From assembly GCA_009602735.1 (NCBI GenBank), contig WELA01001907.1, positions 278,129-342,128 on the forward strand: a stretch of DNA of 64,000 bases. Direction: 5' to 3'. Below the pieces are notes generated by a model. That model was given only the letters and a program-made list of their open reading frames with translations, was not told where the DNA came from and searched no databases. This DNA is from Mesotaenium endlicherianum. Lineage: Eukaryota. Positions 13,320-28,928 of this stretch are shown here, piece by piece (positions within the stretch are counted from its first letter, which is position 1; the number at the start of each line of letters is the position of its first letter). The position numbers and the translations under genes are program-made.

Positions 13320-14067
13320 CGGGACCCACGTGAGAATGTTGGCGTCGACGGCCTGTTCCTAAGAGTCGTAGCCGCTTAACCTCGTTGAGGTTGTCCACCT
13401 GTGTGAGGTGAGGAGGGAACCCCATAGCGCGCTTCATCTCCAATACGCGGGGTTGCTCATATATGTATGTAGAGAGGTCAAGAACCATGCCTCGAGTTGT
13501 GGCAATGAATTTTGAACGCCTCACTGTCAATATGGCTCACATAGGTGGGAAGAGCAACACAGATCTCGCCGACCACCTCGCACTGGACGTAGGATGGGTG
13601 CGGCATATGAGCCTCCGATTGCGCCAAATGCTAGTCCTCTAAGATAGCGTTGACGAAGTATTGGTGACAATTACGAGCAACGGCTAGGGCCTCAATGGTG
13701 CCAAGAAGCGCGAGGTTGGTGAAGTTCGCTTGGAGTTGGTGGACGAAGCAATCAATATGTGTCGCTTCAATGACGGCCCTCCAACCAATGTAGCAGCTGC
13801 AGAGGTCAAAGTGGTTGGGGGCCGACGTGGACAGCCACGTTCTCCTCGATCGAGGCTAGCGTATGAGGCAACTAGTGGTCCTCAAACAGGTTGAGAATGC
13901 AGATAAGGTGCCAGATGAGTGCCATGCAAGGATTGCTGGGGGCTCCTCCAACATCGACGATAGAAAAAACCTAGCACTCCCAATCACTGATGACAAGGTC
14001 AACTGGATGGAGGCAAGCGACATGCTCGTTTGGAACGTCTTGAATATCCATAAGCCAGTTTGTCAGT
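13320..14067 (-). pseudogene. Retrotransposon-borne C5 cytosine DNA methyltransferase catalytic domain (about motifs III-X; motif I missing), inactivated
   Basis: In order: MDIQDV; PVDLVISDWEC*VFS (motif IV, 13971-14000); EENV (motif VI, 13836-13844); IEATHIDCFVHQLQANFTNL (motif VII/VIII-like); ALPTYVS..SEAF; EQPRVLEMKRAMGFP (motif IX); LLG/QAVDANIL (motif X). Confidence 0.8.
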
Positions 14068-14787
14068 TGTAATGAATCAGTATACTGGTCGATATAATAT
14101 TTATTTAAATAATATAGTTAAATAAGTTCAGCCTGCTGAACTCTAGTTAACAATCAGTCTGCTGGACTTTATACTTAATATCAGTTTAATGACTTGGCCG
14201 GAAGTAGCAGGCTGAGGCCACCTTAAGTCAGCTTGCTGACACATTCTTTGACAGCCGGCTGACTCCGTACTCGGTAGCAGCGAACTGCCTTGGTATGCAT
14301 CTAAGTACGACATGCTAGATGAATGGCCAGATGACATCCCTATGATGGATGGCGATTCGGGATGATGGGAGATGGCGGTGGATTTGGTTAACCGAGGTCC
14401 TACCAACGTGGTTAACTCCCGGGTAGGCGGTGCCATCGCACTGACCGTTGAACAGTAAACTCATTCCATGTACATACGCTAGACATTGCTCTCGAGTTCG
14501 GCATTCGGAAACGAGGCCAACTCTCTTGTATAGCTTACTGAGAGAGATCTGAATCCAAGGCGAGAAGCCATTGATACGCACTGTCTTCTAACCTTGCTTA
14601 TGTATGAGTTTACTGATTTGCATTATTGATGCTAGTTTACTCGCATTTGACTTACGAGTATTATTCACTGCTAGTGTATTGTCCTTTGCCGTTTAACCAG
14701 TTAACGGAAATTACCATAAAGATTACTTGCTGATATAAAGATCTTTATTAATTGTTAATCGCCTATTTGGTAAGTCGATTCATTTCA
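14068..14787 (+). repeat. 5' LTR of A2
   Basis: TG..CA ends, followed by the PBS; direct repeat of 22160-22880. Confidence 0.97.
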
Positions 14788-14788
14788 G

Positions 14789-14800
14789 TGGTATCGGAGC
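14789..14800 (+). promoter_or_regulatory. Primer binding site, initiator tRNA-Met type (TGGTATCGGAGC)
   Basis: 1 nt after the LTR; one mismatch to the usual plant iMet PBS TGGTATCAGAGC. The same 12-mer occurs at 7443, 39082 and 60324. Confidence 0.9.
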
Positions 14801-14821
14801 AGTTATCACAGTCTTCTTTGT

Positions 14822-16300
14822 ATGGTAAGGACAAGGTCTCAAACTAGCAACTCCCGAGACATGGAGAACCAGGATAACGAGAATGTCGAAAACCAGGCGG
14901 AAAGCCATGTAGCGGGAAACCGTACCTATTCGGAAGCAGTAGCGGATACTGCAGCTAGGGAGGCTGCAGATGAGGCAGCTGCTATTGCCTCAGTCGCAGC
15001 TCAGCAAGCTGAGGAGGAGATAGCCAGACTAGAAGCTGAACAAGTAGCAAAGGCCGCTGAAGATATACAAAGGAGGGAAGGACAGCCAGCTGACGAGCGC
15101 ACTGTTGAAGAACTTATGGCATCAAGGGCCAATGTTCTGAACCCACCTCCTGCCGTACAACTCAATGTACCCCTAGGTCAAATACGTGACCGGCTGAATG
15201 CGGCAGGAATTGCTGCTGCAGGAGCAAGAGGGATTGTTGAGGACACTACTCAGCGAGTAGATGCCAATGCTGCTGCTGCATTTGCTAATCTACCACCCCA
15301 AAATGTAGACTTGGGAGCATTGTTCGTTCAGATGCAGTCGCAAATGGCGACCATGTATCAGTCCCAGCAGGAGGACAAAAGAATCATAATGTCCCTACTC
15401 CGGGACAGAGACCAACTGGGGTCTCACACCACTAGTGGTGGTGGCCGAGGGCCTAGTAAGCCCAAGCCGAAACCTCCCCAGGACTATGATCCTGAGGGAA
15501 ACAGAAAATATTACCTGATCAAGTTTCTCGCGGATGTTGAGCAGTGGCTGGAGAACTACCCAGAACTGCAAGATTACGAGAAGGTCAGGCACACCGGTGC
15601 GCTACTGAAAGGCAGTGCCGCAGACTGGTGGCTTTACTGGAAGGAAGAGCGTAAGGCTCGGCAACTCGGTGACCCTACGTGGGTAGAGTTTGTCGAGAAG
15701 TTGCATGAGAAGTTTGATGTCATCAACCAGCAGGAGAAAGCTATCTATGCGATGATCTCCCTGACACTGAAGCAGACCACTTCAGTTGCTGAGTTTGCTC
15801 AAAAGTTCCAAGAGAACATGATGAAGCAGCCTGATTTGCCAGAACGGTATAGGATAGCATACTTCAGGTATGGCTTGAAATCCGAGGTCTCTGGTCATTT
15901 TGCTGAGAAAAAGTATGAGAAACTGGCTGACTTGATCCAGGATGCTGACGCCTGGGATCAGCAGCAGTTCAATCACAAGCGCCAGAGTAACGCTTTGGTG
16001 TCTAAGATTGTCAAAAAGCCCCACGGTTCCTACAATGCAGTTGAAGGAGACCAGGCTGAGGATAATCAGGGTGATGAATATGAGTATGAGTACAATGCTA
16101 TTCAGTCTAGAGGTAGAGGTGGTCCCTCTCGAGGTGGCTATGGAAGGGGTGGTGGTAGGACTAAGCCGAGACCAGCCTTAGCAAAATCTACTTGCTACCA
16201 TTGTCAGCAGAAAGGCCACTACAGAGAACAGTGTCCGGTCAGGCACCTGCCTAAGGTCGAGAGAAAAGACCAGCCTTTAAAAGACAGCAACAGTCAGTAA
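14822..16300 (+). CDS. gag: Gag, family A (492 aa)
   Basis: MVRTRS start, capsid-like region LKGSAADWW..TWVEF..LKQTTSVAEF, RGG stretch, CX2CX4HX4C knuckle. Confidence 0.95.
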   Translation: MVRTRSQTSNSRDMENQDNENVENQAESHVAGNRTYSEAVADTAAREAADEAAAIASVAAQQAEEEIARLEAEQVAKAAEDIQRREGQPADERTVEELMASRANVLNPPPAVQLNVPLGQIRDRLNAAGIAAAGARGIVEDTTQRVDANAAAAFANLPPQNVDLGALFVQMQSQMATMYQSQQEDKRIIMSLLRDRDQLGSHTTSGGGRGPSKPKPKPPQDYDPEGNRKYYLIKFLADVEQWLENYPELQDYEKVRHTGALLKGSAADWWLYWKEERKARQLGDPTWVEFVEKLHEKFDVINQQEKAIYAMISLTLKQTTSVAEFAQKFQENMMKQPDLPERYRIAYFRYGLKSEVSGHFAEKKYEKLADLIQDADAWDQQQFNHKRQSNALVSKIVKKPHGSYNAVEGDQAEDNQGDEYEYEYNAIQSRGRGGPSRGGYGRGGGRTKPRPALAKSTCYHCQQKGHYREQCPVRHLPKVERKDQPLKDSNSQ

Positions 16301-16317
16301 TCCAGTCTACTGACTGT
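16276..16317 (+). promoter_or_regulatory. -1 ribosomal frameshift signal between gag and pol (family A)
   Basis: Slippery T-TTA-AAA in the gag frame (16276-16282), 7-nt spacer, 10-bp stem ACAGTCAGTA/TACTGACTGT (16290-16317). The -1 frame is open into the protease. Confidence 0.8.
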
Positions 16318-19300
16318 GAGGATGCTAGAGATAGTGAGTCGTCACTAGCTGCCCTCGTAGCAGGTATTATGGGTCCTGCTGAACTGGATTCACTATGCAT
16401 GCCTGACAAACAGATAAAGGAGACCATCAGTAATATAGACGTCCAGAGAGTGCACACTCTGGATGCTCTTGTTCCACCTGATGTCCAACATTTCTTTGCT
16501 ACGTCAGGAGAACAATGCGAAAGTCAGGAAAAGACAGTCCCCCCTATCCTACTGCATTGCATGATTGCAGGTAGGAAGGTGAGGGCATTTGTTGACGGAG
16601 GGGCGTCACATACTTTTATTCACAAGGACTTAGTTAAGCGGCTAAGGCTGCCTACTGTCACCCAAGGGAATAGAAAAATATTCCTTGGAGATGCCTCAAG
16701 TATCCCGGGAGGAGTTATAACCAAGCCTATTGAGGTCCAGTTAGGTTCTGGCATTGCAGTTCTAACTGAAACGCTTACATTTGAGGTACTCAACACTGGC
16801 TTTTATGATCTCGTGCTAGGCAGGTCCTGGCTTAATAAACATCAAGCTGAAGTGTGTTGGAGCAGAGGTGCAGTTAAAGTGAGACGAGCCAGTGATGGGC
16901 AGACTGACTTGGCACCCAGCAGTGCTCTTCCTCTTGTCCTGTGTGGATGGCAAATGAAGGAAAAGAAGAGGCTTCCAGAAGGATGCAAGTTGCTGAATGC
17001 AATGGAGTTCGTCAAAAGCTGGAACCAGAAGGAAGACAGAATGTTCTGTCTGCTGCTAAGAGAGGTACCTCCTCAACCTGAAGAAGTGGTTGAGAAAAAG
17101 GTACACCCCCCGGAACACCCTACTGCTGCAAACATTGTTGCTCAGTACACGGATGTGTTTAATATGCCTCCAGGACTACCCCCTAAGAGATAAGTAGATC
17201 GTAGGATTTATTTATTACCTGGTAGCCAGCCACCCTGGCAACGCACGTATGGCTTGTCTTATTTGGAGAGTGAGGAGTTGAAAACACAGATTGCAGAGCT
17301 GGAGGAAAATGGTTACATTTCTCCCAGTAAATCACTGTACGGCGCACCTATCCTATTTGTTAAGAAAAAGGATGGCAGTATGCGGATGTGTGTGGATTAC
17401 AGAGCCCTGAACAGAATTACAGTAAAGAACAAGTATGCTTTACCCAGAATCGAGGACTTGCTTGATACCCTGTCTGGCGCTAAGGTGTTCAGTAAGATAG
17501 ATCTCAAGAGTGGTTATCATCAAATCAGAATTGCTGAGGGGGATGAACACAAGACTGCTTTCCGCACACGTTATGGACACTATGAGTTCAACGTGATGCC
17601 ATTTGGACTGACTAATGCTCCTGCTACCTTTATGGGTGCTATGAATGACATTTTCAGACCTTATTTGGATAAGTTTGTGCAAGTTTTCCTGGATGATATT
17701 TTAATTTTCTCTAAAGATGAAGCTCAGCACACTGAACACTTAAAGAAAGTGCTGGACACTCTGCGGAAAAATCACTTGTATGCTAAAATGAGCAAGTGTG
17801 ATTTCTTTAAGGAAAGTATTGAATTCTTAGGCCACGTTGTCAGTAAAGAGGGCATCAGTGTGGATCCTAAGAAAGTCCAGACCATAAGGGACTGGCCAGT
17901 ACCACAGTCTGTCTCTGAAGTTAGATCCTTCCTCGGGTTGGCTAACTACTATAGGAGATTTATTGAGAATTATTCCACAAAGGCCAGTAAACTGACTGAC
18001 CTTACTAAGAAAGACATCGGGTATGTGTGGGGGGAAGAGCAGCAGGCTGCCTTCCAGACCCTTAAAGATGCCCTTTGTTCTGCCCCAGTGCTAGCCGTGT
18101 ATGACCCCAGCAAACCGGTGCAGGTGGTTACTGATGCCTCTGATTTTGCCATGGGTGCTATTTTGTTGCAGCCTGCTGACAAAACCACAAAGGATGGTAA
18201 GGTACGGCAGGAGTGGCATCCTGTGTTGTATGAGTCTATGAAATTTAATCCAGCGGAGATTAATTACTCAGTGCATGATAAAGAGCTGCTAGCTATCATT
18301 CATGTACTCAAACAGTGGAGAGCATACTTACATGGTAAAGCTTTTAAGGTGATTACAGATCATCTAGCTCTGACCCACTTTCAGAAGAAGTCCAAGCTGT
18401 CGAGGAGGGAGAACCGCTGGAGCCAGATGCTGGAGCAGTTCCAAGTCCAGATCGACTACAAACCAGGGAAGTTGAATCCTGCTGATGCACTCTCTAGAAG
18501 ACCTGACTTGCAAGAAAGGAACTTTAGTCAGCATGCTGTAGATAAAGTCCTGTGTGCACTCACTTCACTAAAGGTGAAAAAGTCCTTCCTTGAACAACTT
18601 AGGAAAGCCTACCTTTCTGACCCAACATTTGAGCCCAGCCCCACTACTGGTGTGTGTCGTGCTACTGCACTCGGGTATAAGCTCAAGGGAGGGGTCTGGG
18701 TGACTGAAACCACTTCAGGCAGGCTGAAGCTGGTCATTCCTAATAACTTGGAAATAAGGTCTCTCTTACTGAGTCAAGCTCATGACAGTCTCCTGGGTGG
18801 ACATTTGGGGCAGGCCAAAACTGTTGGCAAACTGGCAAAACATTATCATTGGGAGGGGTTACCCCGGGAGGTCTTGAAATATGTCAAGTCCTGTGACCAG
18901 TGTCAGAGAAATAAGTCTCGGCACACACCACCCGGAGGTCTCTTGCAACCGCTACCCATCCCAGCGGGACGCTGGGAAACTATATCCATGGACTGGGTGG
19001 TCTCACTACCAAGAACTGCCAACGGGCATGATTCAATACTGGTAGTCGTGGATAAACTGACAAAAATGGTCATTTTTATCCCCACAACTGTCAAAGTGAC
19101 TGCACTCGAAACAGCGAGACAGTTTTACAACCATGTAGTATGCCAACATGGGCTCCCTTCTAATATCATCTCAGACAGAGACTCAAAATTCACCTCTAAG
19201 TTCTGGAGAGCTTTAATGGGGTTAATGGGAGTCAAACAGCTGCTCAGCACAGCAAACCACCCTCAGACTGATGGGCAGACTGAAAGAACTAACCGAGTTC

Positions 19301-20085
19301 TGCAGGAGGTGCTGAGAGCATATATTAACCAAAAACAAGATAATTGGGATGACCTGTTGCCTCAAATTCAGTTTGCGGTCAACAGTGCGGTGCACGCGTC
19401 AACGGGCAAGACTCCTTTTGAACTCAGCCTGGGTAGAGTCCCTAAGTCTCCTCTAGATGTGCTAGGGGAATCTTTAACTCACCCTGAAGGGATTGACAAC
19501 CCGGTCTCCCTCCAGTTAACTCAGGAGTTTGCTGACACCCTGTCAGAAGTCCAACGAAACTTGCACAAGGCCCAAGAAAACCAACAAAAATACGCTAATC
19601 AACACCGTCGGGAACTGACATTTTCCAAGGGGGATTTAGTCAAACTGCATTCTCAGCACCTGTACCTCCCTGGTGTGGTCAAGAAAAAGCTTGGCCCTGT
19701 CTGGGTCGGTCCATATTCGGTGGTCCGTCGTGTCGGTCAGAATGCTTACAAACTGAACATGTCAGCTGACTACAAGGGTCACCCGGTCTTTAATGTCTCC
19801 TTCCTGGAACCATACATCAAAGGTGATACACTGTTCACAGGTCGGTTACCTGTCCAACCGGGACCGGTCCCCGCTGTCCGGGACGGCGACCCTGAGGAAT
19901 ATGAGGTCGATGAGATTTTAGACGCTCGCTCGGTCCGTCGATCGTCTAAATATGTCATGAAGTACCTCATCCGATGGAAGGGTTACGATGCCTCTGGGGA
20001 CACTTGGGAATTTAAAGACCAGCTGACCAATGCCAAAGGGGCGTTGAAACGGTTCCACCTTCGGGCGGCTGGGGCACCGCCCTAA
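16276..20085 (+). pseudogene. pol: Pol of A2 (protease, RT, RNase H, integrase, chromodomain) with a single in-frame stop at 17191-17193
   Basis: DGGAS protease; FLDD RT; TDASD RNase H; HHCC and D,D35E integrase; [23 protein letters not shown] chromodomain. TAA at 17191 replaces the GAA seen in sister copies. Confidence 0.95.
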
Positions 20086-20409
20086 CTGTCCCTTCAGTAG
20101 ACATGGGAAGGTGACAGGAGGTCCTGTCTCCATATAAGTTGGAGGGGGATGTGACAGTTAGTGACAGTTGTGACAGGCAGCCCACCTTTAAAATTAAGTT
20201 GGAGGGAGTGGTATTCTCTGATCACCATATTACACACTCAACCTGCGCTCACACTCACTTGCTCTCTAACTCAATTTTCCCTTATATTCACTCACACCAG
20301 GTATTCCACACTAGGAACTCTCCCGATCGCGTTCCTCTTCATCAAGGGCACTCAGTAGCGGCAAAATATCATGACTTCACTAACTGCATTGTGTTTATGA
20401 TTGAGCAGG

Positions 20410-22074
20410 ATGACTCAAAAGTCGGAACTCAAGAGGAAGAGAAGGGCGGAAGAGGCACATGCAGAATACTTGCAATTCCGTGGAGACATCGAATCATCTT
20501 CCATCTCCGCTCGGGAATCACAACGACTCCAACAACAGCGGGAGGCACAGAAGAAGAAGGAGGAGGAGGAACAGGCCAGACTGAGGCAGGAAGAAATGGA
20601 CAGAAAAGCTGCAGAGGAGGCTAAGAAAGCAGAGGAGGAGAGGCAAGCTGAGGAGAAGCGGAAGCAGCAGGCTGAAGAAGAAGAACAGAGGAGAATCAGC
20701 AGCTACCGCTACACGGTGCTGGGCAAGGGCTTTGATCTACTGGAGGAGGCCTTCAAGTATGCCCAGAGAAGTCGCAGTGAGTCGCAGAAGGAAATCCTCC
20801 AGAAAGGGGAGACATCCGAAAACTTTGACAAGCATGTAGAGGTCGGCACAGGGCTCCTCCTCTACCACGATTACGCCAGGATGGTAGGATATACCATCGG
20901 AGAGGCCAAGGCAATGGCCCAGGTGAACGAAGCAGGAGCTGTCTCGATTCCTGGTATCTGGGGGGCAGATAGGGTCATCAGGATGATCCCCATGGACGCG
21001 GACAGCTTCAAGGACTCAACACCCCACAACAGGTTCAAGGCCATGTACAATGAGGTGGAGAGGAGGAGCTGGGAATTCTTGGCCAGAGAAACCAGTCAGC
21101 TGGACTTTGCAGGGCACTGGTACCCTTGTACTCTTAAAAAGACAGACGCTGCCTTCTTCCAAAAGCCCACTGATTGGCGGTGGATGACCATCAACATGAG
21201 GGACCAGCAGAATGACAGGGCGACGGATGAGGATTTCCTGACAGACCTAAACGGGAACATAGTATTGCCCCCTCACATTGCGGCTTGGGACCCAAGATTG
21301 GATGGAGTCAGAGACTGCATGAGCCAAGAGATGCAGGGGGACAGAAGCAGGGCCCGAGAGTCATTCTCCAAAGGGAAGCACGCTTATGCCAAATGGGCAA
21401 GTAAGCAGGGGGAAAAGGACCTCTATGCGGTCCGGACTCAGCAGCCCCCACCAGCACCCAAAAGGGGAAGGTCAGTAGGATATTCTTTTTCTCGGGAAGA
21501 GCTGGAGCAGCGGACAGAGGAGACCCCAGAAGTCTCAGAGGAACCCGGGGACGGCGAGGAGGCGGAGTCGGAGGAAGACGAGGAGGAAGGCGAGGAGGAG
21601 GACACTAGCCCCGCCGTGATCCTGACACCTGCCACATCCCCTGTAAGGGAGAAGACGGGGTTGGCCCCGCAGCAACTCGCTGAAGAGGAGGATATCACTT
21701 GGCTGGGAACTGCCAGAGGACAGAGCCCATCTCCAGGCAAGGAGACCCAGTCAGACAGGGCAGACAGGAGGGCTGCTCGGGAGATAGCCAGAGGCCTGCC
21801 AGCATCTCCCTCGCAGAGAGGGCATGTACCCTTGGCTCATGTCATGCAACATCCTTCTGGGATGCCGGTATACGTACCTGTCAGTTTGAGGGCTGCCCAG
21901 GAGAAGGCTGCCTCCCTTCAGTTTCAGACTGTGCAGGAGGAAACAGCCCAGTTACTGCGTTCTCCGCCGGGTCCTTACACGGAACCCCCTTCTCTAACAG
22001 GCTTCAAAAGACCCCAAGACAGGAGGAGGTCTGGCTCCCCTGAGCATAGGGCCTCAGGGACATCTCCCTCCTAA
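20410..22074 (+). CDS. ORF3 type a: accessory protein of unknown function (~554 aa) between pol and the 3' LTR
   Basis: Uninterrupted ORF from ATG 20410: basic N-terminus (KRKRR), E/K/Q/R coiled coil, globular core conserved with 46372-48047, acidic tract, low-complexity tail. No signal peptide or TM segment is visible. Confidence 0.9.
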   Translation: MTQKSELKRKRRAEEAHAEYLQFRGDIESSSISARESQRLQQQREAQKKKEEEEQARLRQEEMDRKAAEEAKKAEEERQAEEKRKQQAEEEEQRRISSYRYTVLGKGFDLLEEAFKYAQRSRSESQKEILQKGETSENFDKHVEVGTGLLLYHDYARMVGYTIGEAKAMAQVNEAGAVSIPGIWGADRVIRMIPMDADSFKDSTPHNRFKAMYNEVERRSWEFLARETSQLDFAGHWYPCTLKKTDAAFFQKPTDWRWMTINMRDQQNDRATDEDFLTDLNGNIVLPPHIAAWDPRLDGVRDCMSQEMQGDRSRARESFSKGKHAYAKWASKQGEKDLYAVRTQQPPPAPKRGRSVGYSFSREELEQRTEETPEVSEEPGDGEEAESEEDEEEGEEEDTSPAVILTPATSPVREKTGLAPQQLAEEEDITWLGTARGQSPSPGKETQSDRADRRAAREIARGLPASPSQRGHVPLAHVMQHPSGMPVYVPVSLRAAQEKAASLQFQTVQEETAQLLRSPPGPYTEPPSLTGFKRPQDRRRSGSPEHRASGTSPS

Positions 22075-22159
22075 GGGCAGCAGGCTGGGGATAAGAGGGA
22101 CAGCACGCTGTTATTAGTGATAGTGTTGTCGAGGCGACAACATGATAAGTTGGAGGGAT

Positions 22160-22880
22160 TGTAATGAATCAGTATACTGGTTGATATAATATTCATTTAA
22201 ATAATATAGTTAAATAAGTTCAGCCTGCTGAACTCTAGTTAACAATCAGTCTGCTGGACTTTATACTTAATATCAGTTTAATGACTTGGCCGGAAGTAGC
22301 AGGCTGAGGTCACCTTAAGTCAGCTTGCTGACACATTCTTTGACAGCCAGCTGACTTCCGTACTCGGTAGCAGCGAACTGCCTCGATATGCATCTAAGTG
22401 TGGTATGCTAGATGAATGGCCAGATGACATCCCTATGATGGATGGCGATTCGGGATGATGGGAGATGGCGGTGGATTTGGTTAACCGAGGTCCTACCAAC
22501 GTGGTTAACTCCCGGGTAGGCGGTGCCATCGCACTGACCGTTGAACAGTAAACTCATTCCATGTACATATGCTAGGCATTGCTCTCGAGTTCGGCATTCG
22601 GAAACGAGGCCAACTCTCTTGTATAGCTTACTGAGAGAGATCTGAATCCAAGGCGAGAAGCCATTGATACGCACTGTCTTCTAACCTTGCTTATGTATGA
22701 GTTTACTGATTTGCATTATTGATGCTAGTTTACTCTCATTTGACTGACGAGTATTATTCACTGCTAGTGCGTTGTCCTTTTGCCGTTAAACAGTTAACGG
22801 AAAGTACCATAAAGATTACTTGCTGATATAAAGATCTTTATTAATTGTTAATCGCCTATTTGGTAAGTCAATTCATTTCA
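22160..22880 (+). repeat. 3' LTR of A2
   Basis: Preceded by hairpin TGTTGTCG-AGG-CGACAACA (22124-22142) and PPT AAGTTGGAGGGAT. Confidence 0.97.
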
Positions 22881-22920
22881 TCAGCGCACTACAAAATGCG
22901 CAAGTGGAAAAGAGATGGGG

Positions 22921-28928
<6,008 letters not shown>

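Larger units (their letters stand above)
9780..14067 (-). mobile_element. Decayed Ty3/gypsy element with domain order C5-DNA methyltransferase - RT - RNase H - integrase Zn finger; split by solo LTR C and by element A2; a further ~40 bp lies at 22881-22920
   Basis: Minus-strand translation through stops and frameshifts gives MTase motifs (13320-14067), RT (LQEAGLIEES..KKDLFGQW*EKRVC..LDLRQGF, MPFNLKNAP), RNase H (FLGLANY, VVAYACRSNN..Y.S.EGECLAVVWAI.HF.HYLYG, HQPLKWLM) and an integrase N-terminus (MADGS.., HPELGHSDVKRT). Confidence 0.85.
14068..22880 (+). mobile_element. Full-length family A Ty3/gypsy chromovirus (A2): LTR-PBS-gag-pol(PR,RT,RH,IN,chromo)-ORF3-PPT-LTR
   Basis: LTRs 14068-14787 and 22160-22880, PBS 14789-14800, PPT 22147-22159. 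TSD TCAGT/TCAGC (4 of 5 match). Both flanks read as one continuous methyltransferase frame. Confidence 0.97.

Noticed and set aside
17191..17193. Programmed stop read-through in A2 pol
   Set aside because: Sister copies have GAA here, so it is a private nonsense mutation or a sequencing error.
20410..22074. ORF3 as an envelope gene
   Set aside because: No signal peptide or hydrophobic TM segment; the protein is highly charged.
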